Both the position numbers and the translations under genes were made by a program. Of a DNA stretch of 64,000 bases, positions 20,545-30,071 are shown piece by piece. Each line of letters opens with the position of its first letter. Position 1 is the stretch's first letter. A model generated the notes under the pieces. That model saw only the letters and a list, made by a program, of their open reading frames with translations, searched no databases and had not been told where the DNA came from. The stretch comes from Phycisphaerales bacterium UBA7800 (GTDB lineage Bacteria; Planctomycetota; Phycisphaerae; Phycisphaerales; Phycisphaeraceae). The DNA lies in the NCBI GenBank assembly GCA_002480565.1, contig DLCK01000080.1, positions 8,192 to 72,191 on the forward strand, written 5' to 3'.

Positions 20545-21258
20545 ATGGTTGACCATATCAAATCCAGTGTCAGGCATCGAGGCGTATTGGCATCGCCGAT
20601 ACTTGGTGTGCTTCTACTGCTTGGGATCGTCACTGAGAAGTCACTGATGCACGTACCAGTGGTAGACACGCGTCCTTATCACGCTCATGTTCGTATGGTT
20701 GCGGATCAATTGCCTATGGTGATCGGTGATTGGGTGGGGACGGACGAGGCGATTCCCACTGCAGCTGTCACAATTCTCAAGCCCAATGTGCTGATATCCC
20801 GCCGATTTATCAATGTACGGACAGGTGAGCAGGCCAATGTGCTGCTTGTACAGTGCGTTGATCGACGTGATTTGTTTGGTCATTATCCGTCAGTGTGCTA
20901 TCCCGAACAGGGCTGGCGAATAGTGTCCGATAACGATTGGAACGTCCAGGTAAATGGTGTGACGTTTCCTACCAAGTCCTACAAACTGGTTAAGCCGAGT
21001 CCCGATAATGCCGACCGAATGGTAGTAGGTAACTTCATGATTGTGCCGGATGGGCGGCTTGTGCGTGATATGACGGGGCTTGCCAGACTTTCGCCAACTA
21101 AAAGTCACAATCAATTTGGTGCTGCTCAAATGCAGGTGGTAGTTCACGGGTATCTGACCGCAAATGTGCGCGATCAGATTTTTCGTGAACTGGTAACTGG
21201 GCACTTTCCATTGATCCAAGCGATCTTGGCAGGTGAAGAACAAAGACGAGACAAATAG
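20545..21258 (+). CDS. epsI: Exosortase-associated EpsI family protein
   Basis: Single N-terminal TM, LPMVIGDWVG and GHYPSVCYPEQGW (HxPxxCYxxxGW). Directly after exosortase. Confidence 0.75.
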   Translation: MVDHIKSSVRHRGVLASPILGVLLLLGIVTEKSLMHVPVVDTRPYHAHVRMVADQLPMVIGDWVGTDEAIPTAAVTILKPNVLISRRFINVRTGEQANVLLVQCVDRRDLFGHYPSVCYPEQGWRIVSDNDWNVQVNGVTFPTKSYKLVKPSPDNADRMVVGNFMIVPDGRLVRDMTGLARLSPTKSHNQFGAAQMQVVVHGYLTANVRDQIFRELVTGHFPLIQAILAGEEQRRDK

Positions 21259-21260
21259 CT

Positions 21261-23588
21261 ATGACAAACAAAACACCCGACCAACTACTCGTAGCGGACA
21301 ACAACCATGAATGGGAGATGAACCGCTTTGACATGACAATGCAGATGCTGCGGGGACGCTGGACATTGGTAATTGTCCTGGCATTGATCTTTGCAACAGC
21401 TGGCGGCTTTGCCGGTTTTAAATTACCTAAACCGATCTATCGCTCAGAAGGTATTATCGAAATCAAACCTGTCGTCCCAAAGATTCTCACAGATGATGAA
21501 TCCAAGGACCTCCGGGCTCAGTTCGATGGCTATATCGGACAGCAGGTTGCATTGCTCAACTCCAAGGAAGTCAAGAAATCTGCCATGCTTAATGATGCTT
21601 GGCAATCCGTTAAACCTGGTACGGCTCCGGGCTTCTTTGTTCAGTTTGAAAAGAATGCAAAAGCCTTGCGACCACTCCAAAGCCAAGTGATTGAACTTTA
21701 CTTCACGCACACTGATCCTGTACTCGCCCAAAAGGGTGTCGAGGCCATGGGTAAAGCATATGAAGATCTCGTCAAGCTCAAAGATGAAGAAGACAAAGCT
21801 CAAGTCTATGACATTGTGGTCAAAGAGCACGAACGCCTTCAACGTGAGCTTGAAGATGCACGTTCTGACATTAAGTCAGCCACAAATGAAGTGGGTGCAG
21901 ATTCACTTGTTGCAATTTACGCCCAAAAGGTCCGTCGTCTTGAACGTCTCGAAGAGGAACTTGACCAAGTGCGCATGACGCTCATCGCCATGGATGAATT
22001 GACTCGTGGTGCCAATCGGACTGTAACTTTACAGTTAATCGCCTCCAGTGATCAGGAACTGCGTCGCTTGCTGCGTGACCGTTATTTAGTCGAGCGTGAA
22101 ATGACACGTCTGGCTGCTGAGTACGGGTCTGAGCATGTGGTTATGCGTCAGCAAAAATTGGTGCTTGCCAATATTCATGACCAAATCAACATGTATGTAC
22201 AGGAAGTGACCGGCAAGAGTGGCACCAACGGTAGTGGCGAAATGCTTCGTCTCAAGGCTCAAGAAAAAGGTCTTGAATCTATGTTGGAAAAAGTCAATGT
22301 TGAATTGGCCCGTATCGGTCGCAAGGAGCTTTCCCTTAGCCAGATGCGTGACAAGGAAGAAGACTTGCTTGAAAAACTCAAGCTTGCTGAAACACGTATC
22401 GAAGACCTCACCATTGATGCTGCCGCTTCAGGTCGTATCAAGGTTCTAAGTTATGGTGACGTGCCTGCATCACCTTACTCTGACCGTCGTAAACTCGCTA
22501 CAGTGGCTGGGATCGCTTTTGGTGGCTTGTTCGGATTCGGTATTGTAATCTTCATCGCTTGGCTTGATCCGAGCATCCGCAATATGGATGACTTGGAATA
22601 CACCATCAGCGACTTTAATCGTCTTGGTGTTCTGCCTCAGCTTCCCGATGACCTTACTGATGCTGAAGCGGTTACCACTGCTGCTCACTGTGTGCACAAT
22701 ATTCGTACCAAGATGCAAATTAGTGCAGTCCGTGATAACAACCACGTATTCGCTATCACCAGCTGTGGTCCAGCCAGTGGCAAGAGTTCATTGGCCATGG
22801 CACTTGGTTTGTCATTCTCAGGTACCGGTGGGCGAACGCTGCTTATCGACTGTGACCTTGTTGCCGGCGGTTTGACCCGTCGTGTCGAGGACATCATCCC
22901 AACCCAGAGCCGTCATCCACTGGTCAAGGCAGGCTTGGTGACCGAAGCACAGTTAAACAAAGCACGCATCCAAAGTCAGGAAGAAGGGCGATTCCTCGTG
23001 GAAGTCCTCGTCGAGAACGGCGACCTGCAATCCCGTGATGCCGACCGTGCAAGCAAGTTGCTTGAAGCTTCCAAACGTGGCTTGATGGATGTCATGAACG
23101 GTGACAACGTCGAAGACTGCGTGCTTGAAACTGAAATTCCCAACCTCTATGTTCTCTCGATTGGCAACGCTACCGAACACGATATCAGCCGCCTGTCACT
23201 GACTGGTATGCAACGTGTGTTTGAAGCTGCCCGTGAGAAGTTTGACAATGTCATCGTTGACACCGGCCCGACACCTGGTTCAGCCGAAGCCGCGCTGGTG
23301 ACTGCTGCCGCCGATGGTACCGTCGTCGTTGTCACCCGTGGTGAAGACCGTCTGGAAGTCAAACGTGCAACCACAGAATTGCGTCACAACAGTGTCCATG
23401 TTCTGGGTGTTGTCTACAACCGTGCGGACGACTCTGATATGGAACTCTCCGGTGCGACATCTGTGAGCCGTCGCTCAAATCGTCCTACTGGTCACAGTTC
23501 ATTACGCGTCGACGATAGCTTTAAAACCAGCACGATTGGCGGACTGGGCAGCTCAGTTGCCTTTGATGCCGGTCACGATAAGGCATAA
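21261..23588 (+). CDS. wzc: Wzc-like polysaccharide co-polymerase with BY-kinase-like domain
   Basis: Two TM segments flanking a coiled-coil periplasmic domain; Walker A TSCGPASGKS, A' LLIDCDL and B VIVDTGP. Has an insertion and lacks a C-terminal Tyr cluster (see findings). Confidence 0.85.
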   Translation: MTNKTPDQLLVADNNHEWEMNRFDMTMQMLRGRWTLVIVLALIFATAGGFAGFKLPKPIYRSEGIIEIKPVVPKILTDDESKDLRAQFDGYIGQQVALLNSKEVKKSAMLNDAWQSVKPGTAPGFFVQFEKNAKALRPLQSQVIELYFTHTDPVLAQKGVEAMGKAYEDLVKLKDEEDKAQVYDIVVKEHERLQRELEDARSDIKSATNEVGADSLVAIYAQKVRRLERLEEELDQVRMTLIAMDELTRGANRTVTLQLIASSDQELRRLLRDRYLVEREMTRLAAEYGSEHVVMRQQKLVLANIHDQINMYVQEVTGKSGTNGSGEMLRLKAQEKGLESMLEKVNVELARIGRKELSLSQMRDKEEDLLEKLKLAETRIEDLTIDAAASGRIKVLSYGDVPASPYSDRRKLATVAGIAFGGLFGFGIVIFIAWLDPSIRNMDDLEYTISDFNRLGVLPQLPDDLTDAEAVTTAAHCVHNIRTKMQISAVRDNNHVFAITSCGPASGKSSLAMALGLSFSGTGGRTLLIDCDLVAGGLTRRVEDIIPTQSRHPLVKAGLVTEAQLNKARIQSQEEGRFLVEVLVENGDLQSRDADRASKLLEASKRGLMDVMNGDNVEDCVLETEIPNLYVLSIGNATEHDISRLSLTGMQRVFEAAREKFDNVIVDTGPTPGSAEAALVTAAADGTVVVVTRGEDRLEVKRATTELRHNSVHVLGVVYNRADDSDMELSGATSVSRRSNRPTGHSSLRVDDSFKTSTIGGLGSSVAFDAGHDKA

Positions 23589-23612
23589 CTGCCTTTGATG
23601 ATTCGAACCTTC

Positions 23613-23645
23613 ACGAGCACCGAGTTAACGCTCGGTGCTCGTTTT
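23613..23645 (+). terminator. Intrinsic terminator-like hairpin inside the EPS locus
   Basis: Perfect 12-bp stem ACGAGCACCGAG / CTCGGTGCTCGT, 6-nt loop, short T run. Confidence 0.65.
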
Positions 23646-23718
23646 CAAAATGGACTGGGAAAGAGTTTTTTGGAAATTCAAGCTGCCAGATAAGCAATGC
23701 GAATCTGACGAGTAAACC

Positions 23719-25170
23719 ATGACGCGAGCGATAATTCAATCCGCTTCATTGACGATTGCTGACCATCAGGACCCGACTATCTTCGGCCTGACGCCAACGC
23801 AATTGCACGACCGCTTCTGGGCGGCGCGTGGTGTGCAGGTGGTTCGCCAAGGCGAAGCTTCACAGATCGTTCCAGACGCAGAACTCTATCTGCTTGCTGA
23901 TCCGCGAACGATGACCATCTTTCAACTTCGACCGATTCTTGATGTACTGAATTGGATGAAGCCGGATGTGCTTTTTCTGCGTTTGCATGACACCAATGAA
24001 CATGGATATCGCGAACGTGCTGTGGCTGACGAAGATGGTCGCTTCGTGCGCTTTGAACGTATTTATGATGGTGGTGACTCTCGGTTGGCCAGGGTGGCAT
24101 TAACTGAAGACCTTGATCTGGCCAGACGTTGGCAGGCCGCACAATCACCGCGTGATGGTTGGCGGGCATTGCGTTATACCGTGCAACGAAGACTCCGTGC
24201 GACGAGATCTGTTGATGCCTCTGTGTATGATCGATCACTTGAAGTGGAACGCATGAAGTTTGTCGATGATCTGATTTCAGTTTGGCCACATCCCAATGCA
24301 ACCATCGGACGTGTGAACAAAATAGGGGACCAGGCATGGCTTGATCCTCAGGCGACCATTGGTAAGCAAGTTCAACTCATCGGGCCAGTATGGGTCGGCG
24401 CTGGACGCTTGCTTGATGTCGAAGTTCCCGTGGTCGGTCCTGTTGCATTGTGGGATAATCCCAAAGACCGTCCTGAGCCTGAAGATATTCAATGGTTGGC
24501 TATCGAACGTTCAAAGAGCTATGCTCGTATTGGCAAGATTAACGTCCGTGAACTCACATCACTTGAAACCTTTGGCAAGCGTGTTTTTGATATCGTGTTT
24601 GCGATGACTTTCCTGCTACTCACATCGCCAATTTATCCGATTGTCATGCTTCTGATCTATCTTGAAGACGGGCGACCGTTTTTCTTTGGACACATGCGAG
24701 AAACAGTAGGCGGACGCCAGTTCCCATGCTGGAAATTTCGATCCATGCGCAAGGATGCAGAAGATATCAAAAAGCGATTAATGGCTGAAAATAAAGCCGA
24801 TGGTCCACAGTTTTTTATCGAAGACGATCCGCGTATGACACGCATTGGAAAGATCATTCGCAAGTTCAATATCGACGAATTACCACAGTTCTACAATGTG
24901 ATCCGCGGACATATGTCCATTGTTGGCCCACGCCCTTCACCGTTTAAAGAAAACCAGTACTGCCCGTCATGGCGTGAAGCTCGCCTTTCTGTGAAACCCG
25001 GAGTCACCGGACTTTGGCAAGTTAAGCGATCACGACTCAAAGGTTTGGACTTCCAGGAATGGATTCGTTACGACGTGCAATATGTTCAGCAACGCAGTTG
25101 GCGATTGGATCTTTGGATCATAGTTCAGACGGTTAAAATTACATTAGGTACGATTTTTAAGCAAAAATGA
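23719..25170 (+). CDS. Priming sugar transferase (Bac_transf) with an extra N-terminal domain
   Basis: C-terminal KRVFDIV...KFRSM...DDPRMTRIG...IDELPQFYNV...GPRP...KPGVTGLWQV. Confidence 0.88.
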   Translation: MTRAIIQSASLTIADHQDPTIFGLTPTQLHDRFWAARGVQVVRQGEASQIVPDAELYLLADPRTMTIFQLRPILDVLNWMKPDVLFLRLHDTNEHGYRERAVADEDGRFVRFERIYDGGDSRLARVALTEDLDLARRWQAAQSPRDGWRALRYTVQRRLRATRSVDASVYDRSLEVERMKFVDDLISVWPHPNATIGRVNKIGDQAWLDPQATIGKQVQLIGPVWVGAGRLLDVEVPVVGPVALWDNPKDRPEPEDIQWLAIERSKSYARIGKINVRELTSLETFGKRVFDIVFAMTFLLLTSPIYPIVMLLIYLEDGRPFFFGHMRETVGGRQFPCWKFRSMRKDAEDIKKRLMAENKADGPQFFIEDDPRMTRIGKIIRKFNIDELPQFYNVIRGHMSIVGPRPSPFKENQYCPSWREARLSVKPGVTGLWQVKRSRLKGLDFQEWIRYDVQYVQQRSWRLDLWIIVQTVKITLGTIFKQK

Positions 25171-25217
25171 TCGTGTTGTGATCGTCTCAGTGCCATAAAT
25201 TCTCAATTCATTTTGTT

Positions 25218-27491
25218 TTGTCAGAGACTTGTTTACACCTGATAATCAGCAATATCATGCGCAATACTGTTTTTGAAAAATCACGCAGACGTCTGTTTGT
25301 TCTGTCTGTTGGTACACTCCTGATTTCAATAGCAGGTGGCGGACTCTTTGCACTTCACCAGTGGCAATCCGTCAAACAGTATCGACAATTACGAGCCAAA
25401 GCTGATGTTGCACTTGACAATGAACAGTATGAACTTGCTGTCCATGAGCTTGCACGCTGTTTGGCTTATTATCCGCAAGATGCAAAGTTGCTTGCTGATT
25501 ATGTTGAAGCTCAGAATCATGTTGAAGATCAGACGCACCGCAATATGGAGTTGACCATTGATGTGCTTAACCGTTCATTGATGACTTATCCAGCGAGCCA
25601 CGAGGCTGCCAGTCAGTTGGCGGATATGTATCTAGCTAGTGGTGATGCCATGCAGGCGATCCATGTTGCCAATAAGACGCTCGCACGCCTGCCGGATAAT
25701 CTGCAGATGCTCAAACGTCGGGCTTTGGCAAATACAAGAATGGGGAATTTGCAGGATGCGATGGTTGATGTGGATCGCTGTATCAACCTTGAGCCTGCTG
25801 ATTACGATTTGTATTTGCTGCGTCTGATTTTGATTAAACGCAGTGATCGGACAGGTGTTGAGCTACTTGAGCATGTGCAAAATTGGCGAGCGACTTTGGC
25901 AAATAACGCATGGTCCGATGCTTTGATGGGGGTTGCGTGTCGATTGCTTGAGTTGGATCAGGAAGCATTGAATTGGTTTAAAGTTTCCGCCGCCCATGCT
26001 GGTGAAGATACGCAGTTATTGAATCTGCTCGTGAATCAGTTCAATGCTCTTGGGCATTATACGCAAGCAGACCAATTGCTTGAGAATGTCGATGTGACAA
26101 AGAGTCCGCTGTTGCTTTATCGCAAGGCATGGACTTTGTGGCAAAAGCAATTGGATCGTGATTTACTGCAACTACCTCATATGGATATCCCGCAAGTCAT
26201 CGCTTTACAGGTGATGGCTCATAAACGCAGCGGTCAAGCTGAAGCGATTAAGCCGTTACTTGCCAACCTCTCGGAACGATCCGGCGATCGTGTCGTTGGT
26301 GCATGGTTAAAGCTTTTGGAGTGTGTGTCAATTGCTAATAACGCGACACCGCTACAGATCATTGATGCTGCTCAGCAGGTTCGAATCAATTGTTCAAAAC
26401 ATGAGTTGGCCGATGTGATCCTCGCACAGCAATGGGAAGCATTGGGTGAAAAGTCAGCGGCATTGGAAGTTTGGCGATGCCTTTCTGCTACAGTCCCCAG
26501 TTGGACCATTCCATATTTGCATCAGTCGCGTTTACTTTTGGATCTTCAATACCCACTTGCAGCTGCAGCTTCAGCACGTGCGATATTGGCCCGTGATCCT
26601 GGTGATTTGAGTGCGGGTGTTCTGCTTGTCGAAGCACTTGGACGTGCTGGGACAGAGCAATCTCACCAAGTAGCCCATACGCTATTCGATGAGTTGGCTC
26701 CAGGACTTACTGATGATGTACGTTTGATTTTGGCAAGTAAATTGTTGGATACTCAGATTGCCAAGGAGTTGATTGCCAATGCCATTTCACTGGATCGATC
26801 CTTGTCGTCTCACACATGGTCTACCCTTGCCCAAATCAGTTTGGATCGCCAAGCCAGTTGGCATGATGATTGTTTGATGCAGTTGCAAAAACAACACGGT
26901 GTAACTCCGCAATGGCTTATACTCAAAGCACAAGCTTTGCACGAAGTCGGTAAGACAGTAACCGCCAGACAGTTGATTATCTCGCATGTCAACAAGCAGA
27001 CATTGCAACAGTCTGCTGACACTGTGCAATGGCAATTGGTTCAGGCACGGTTCCTTACCATGATTGGTGATCATCTTGCAGCGCATCTCGCATGGCAGCA
27101 TCTGATAAACACGTACCCCAATAATCTTACAGTAACGAAGAGCATTCTTGAGCAACCCACTGAAAATCAGCAGATGGCCCTGCGGCAGAAAGCCATTGAT
27201 CAATTGCATCGTCTGACTGGTGATTTAGCAGTGAGATGGCGGTATGAACAGGCTCTATTACATTTGAAAAAATCAACCGACAACCAATCATTGGCGGCGA
27301 CCACTCTGCTGATGCATGATGCATTGAATATTGCACCGTCAGCGATTGAGTGTCGCATGATATTAATCAAGTGCATGCAAAAAATCAGAAGTGCTCAAGG
27401 TATACAGGAACAAGCGCAAGCCATTTTGCAGGTTGATCCATACAATACAACAGCCAAGTCATTACTGCGTCAGGATGATAAGTCGCTTTGA
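25218..27491 (+). CDS. Membrane-anchored tetratricopeptide-repeat protein
   Basis: One N-terminal TM followed by all-helical TPR-like segments (e.g. LARCLAYYPQDAKL, AILQVDPYNTTA). ATG 25257 is an alternative start. Confidence 0.7.
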   Translation: MSETCLHLIISNIMRNTVFEKSRRRLFVLSVGTLLISIAGGGLFALHQWQSVKQYRQLRAKADVALDNEQYELAVHELARCLAYYPQDAKLLADYVEAQNHVEDQTHRNMELTIDVLNRSLMTYPASHEAASQLADMYLASGDAMQAIHVANKTLARLPDNLQMLKRRALANTRMGNLQDAMVDVDRCINLEPADYDLYLLRLILIKRSDRTGVELLEHVQNWRATLANNAWSDALMGVACRLLELDQEALNWFKVSAAHAGEDTQLLNLLVNQFNALGHYTQADQLLENVDVTKSPLLLYRKAWTLWQKQLDRDLLQLPHMDIPQVIALQVMAHKRSGQAEAIKPLLANLSERSGDRVVGAWLKLLECVSIANNATPLQIIDAAQQVRINCSKHELADVILAQQWEALGEKSAALEVWRCLSATVPSWTIPYLHQSRLLLDLQYPLAAAASARAILARDPGDLSAGVLLVEALGRAGTEQSHQVAHTLFDELAPGLTDDVRLILASKLLDTQIAKELIANAISLDRSLSSHTWSTLAQISLDRQASWHDDCLMQLQKQHGVTPQWLILKAQALHEVGKTVTARQLIISHVNKQTLQQSADTVQWQLVQARFLTMIGDHLAAHLAWQHLINTYPNNLTVTKSILEQPTENQQMALRQKAIDQLHRLTGDLAVRWRYEQALLHLKKSTDNQSLAATTLLMHDALNIAPSAIECRMILIKCMQKIRSAQGIQEQAQAILQVDPYNTTAKSLLRQDDKSL

Positions 27492-27568
27492 GTTATGTAA
27501 CATCGCAGAGATTATTGCTTGTCTTAATGTGGGATTAGGGATCACGACAATCAACGTATTGAATAACG

Positions 27569-27595
27569 ACCGTAGGCGATGGCTACGGTTTTTTT
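27569..27595 (+). terminator. Intrinsic terminator ending the EPS locus
   Basis: 7-bp stem ACCGTAG / CTACGGT followed by a T run. Confidence 0.65.
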
Positions 27596-27653
27596 ATGCG
27601 CTCTATTAAAGCGGTGAAGTTCAAGTAGGTGATTGAGATGTCAGCTGATTTCA

Positions 27654-28313
27654 TCAGGCTCCGCAACGTGATCGACGGCGTCTCCGACGAAGCAATACCA
27701 GGGATGCCATTGCCATTAGGCTGATACTCGCTGGTTCGGGAACAGACTGGGCACGTACGCGACGGCTCACTTCAAAGGATAACGGCAGGGCGGTACCAGT
27801 CTTGGCGATACTCACGAGACTGGCGCTGCGACGTGATTGTTGCTTGGATGTATTGACTAAAGTGCGGAAGCTGTTATCAAGGGTTGCAAGGACAGTACCA
27901 TCTCCACAGCATGCCAGCCACTGAGAATCCAACGGGAGTTGGTTAGTGCCGTTGGCACGGATACTGCTGATTTGTCCAAATAATTGTAAGGCATCATCCC
28001 CTGACCGTTCGGATTGCTCAGGGTGCACAAGAAGTAGTTCCATCCAAATTGGAAATGTGAATTGCGTGATCTGCTGCATGAAGTCGCGAATATGTGATTC
28101 GGATACATCATGGCTGGCGGCAACTGCATCACCCTTGCTTGTTATGGAGGAATCGACAAACGGAATACCATGGGTGCGGGTTACACTCAGAGAGCGCGAG
28201 TGAAAACTATCGTCGGCAGGATTTAGAATCGCTGCAGACGTAGGATAGACATAACTGATCCCTAAGACCAGCATCCAGACAACATATGTAATATGTCTGG
28301 CGGTGCGACTCAT
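27654..28313 (-). CDS. PEP-CTERM sorting domain protein
   Basis: Signal-like N-terminus and a C-terminal VPEPASISLMAMASLVLLRRRRRR. Start moved to ATG 28313; the track gives 28430. Confidence 0.85.
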   Translation of the reverse strand: MSRTARHITYVVWMLVLGISYVYPTSAAILNPADDSFHSRSLSVTRTHGIPFVDSSITSKGDAVAASHDVSESHIRDFMQQITQFTFPIWMELLLVHPEQSERSGDDALQLFGQISSIRANGTNQLPLDSQWLACCGDGTVLATLDNSFRTLVNTSKQQSRRSASLVSIAKTGTALPLSFEVSRRVRAQSVPEPASISLMAMASLVLLRRRRRRSRCGA

Positions 28314-28621
28314 TGCGTCCCATCCCCTCCAAATATACTCTCGGATTCGGCAAAATACCGAACCTACTTTCTCCATATGCAGTGTAATCGCTCTTGGACT
28401 TAAGACAATTACAACTCCATAAAACAACAAAAACCATCATTTATTACAGTGGTTTGAGCATTCGGTGCGGGTTGTATCGATTGAAGGGGATCTGTGGATT
28501 GTAGTGATTATAGTGGCGGGCATGTGAAACTTCGGTTAGTCATAAATGTTTAGTCTGGTCAGTTGGGATAGACTGCAACATAATTGAAATGTTCACAATA
28601 CATCTGGTCGCATGATGGTCA

Positions 28622-29059
28622 ATGTATTGGGCAGGGGAGGGAACCGTGACACATTCCCAAAGGCACAGTTGCAGTGGGCAATACGCGACTATGATTCAGA
28701 GTTTGATGCTTTGGAGCATGCTTGTTGCTGTTGGATTGTCTGGACAGTTGCATGCAAAACAGTCAACGCATGACTCCTCGTCGTCGGTGATTTCGCAGCA
28801 ATTACTTGACCAAGTAGACCAACTCTTGGCAGTAGAGCACCTCGAAGCATCCAACGATATGATTCAAGGTATGGGGCCATTGGTTCAGATCGCTGAGCAG
28901 GGCAAGGTTGATGTTGGCATTGTGGCGATTGGCAGGCAGTCTCAGAATGATCTTAAAGTGACTGCGATTCCTTTACCGGATGCTTTTGCGATGAGTTTAT
29001 TTCTACTTACGATTTTGATCATCGCCTATGTGATCCGGCGCGTTCGACTAGCAGTGTAA
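28622..29059 (+). CDS. Small secreted protein with VPLPA-CTERM-like sorting signal
   Basis: Signal-like MIQSLMLWSMLVAVGLSGQLHA (ATG 28691 is the likely start) and a C-terminal IPLPDA + TM helix + RRVR. Confidence 0.6.
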   Translation: MYWAGEGTVTHSQRHSCSGQYATMIQSLMLWSMLVAVGLSGQLHAKQSTHDSSSSVISQQLLDQVDQLLAVEHLEASNDMIQGMGPLVQIAEQGKVDVGIVAIGRQSQNDLKVTAIPLPDAFAMSLFLLTILIIAYVIRRVRLAV

Positions 29060-29150
29060 CGCCGAATTTATTTTGAGATTGAATGATAAACGCCGCAACG
29101 TGTTGAACACGCGCGGTGTTTTAATGTTGCTCGTTAATGACGAGATGCTT

Positions 29151-29774
29151 TTATGGAGTGACCGGCTGATCCAGTGGCTGTTCAATGGTAGGTGAAGCTG
29201 TAGCGGTCTTAGGTTGACCGATCCATCCCTTGACATATGCCCCATATCCAATAAGTACGATCAGACCAAAGCATGCTGCTAGTCCCATGAGTGGCCTAAA
29301 CAGTTCATTGTGTGCTTCGCTCAAGAGGATGGCATTCTCACGCGACTGTTCCATTTCCTGAGCGACCTGATCCTGTTTCTCTTCAGACATTGCTGTGATG
29401 CTTAATGGATTAGATGCTTTGTATTTCAACGGGTCTTCGTACAGTGAAACGGGTGATGGTGCTTTAAGGTGATGCTCATGCTTACCAATGGTCGGTTGAT
29501 CGTCTTTAGTAGTTTGTTCAACTGAGATTTTGGGTGTATCCACAGCATCAGCTTGTGTCATTAATGCTTCGGTCACGCGTTGGCGAAATGCGTTGGCTTG
29601 CTGCTTATCATCAAGTGATTGCAGTGATGCTTCGAAGAGCACTTTGGCCAATTGATCGCCACTCTTACCTGCTCGATCGCGCAAGGTGGTTAACTGCTCG
29701 GCATTATCCCAAATTGGATGATCCGAGTCTGTTTGAACTTTCGACTGTTCCTGGCCTGGTTTTGCCTGGTCCAT
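29151..29774 (-). CDS. Hypothetical protein with one C-terminal TM helix
   Basis: Long ORF filling the gap, hydrophilic body, TM LMGLAACFGLIVLIGYGAYV. Start ATG 29774 preferred over 29825. Confidence 0.6.
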   Translation of the reverse strand: MDQAKPGQEQSKVQTDSDHPIWDNAEQLTTLRDRAGKSGDQLAKVLFEASLQSLDDKQQANAFRQRVTEALMTQADAVDTPKISVEQTTKDDQPTIGKHEHHLKAPSPVSLYEDPLKYKASNPLSITAMSEEKQDQVAQEMEQSRENAILLSEAHNELFRPLMGLAACFGLIVLIGYGAYVKGWIGQPKTATASPTIEQPLDQPVTP

Positions 29775-30071
29775 GTCCTGTCTCTCTTTCCCCCACTTAT
29801 TTAAAAACAAGCAGAATCGACCCATTGGGTAGATTAATTGCGGACCCGTCCCACTGACTGCTATCGACCAACCATGCCGGGCACTTAAGCCGGATCACTA
29901 CGATGAATCAAAAAAATGTTTTACAAGGGCATAGAGTTGCTAGAACCTGATTTTTCGGACAAGTTTGTCGCAGTTATCCGGACGGTATTGTAATTTGATA
30001 CACGAGATGTCATTTGCCCGAGCAGTCGTTTGGGTGATACCATGTCGACTCTTTAAGACATACCACAGCAC

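Noticed and set aside
29826-30071. Glycine riboswitch upstream of gcvT
   Set aside because: The hallmark GGAGA...CCGAAG...CTCTCAGG elements were not found.
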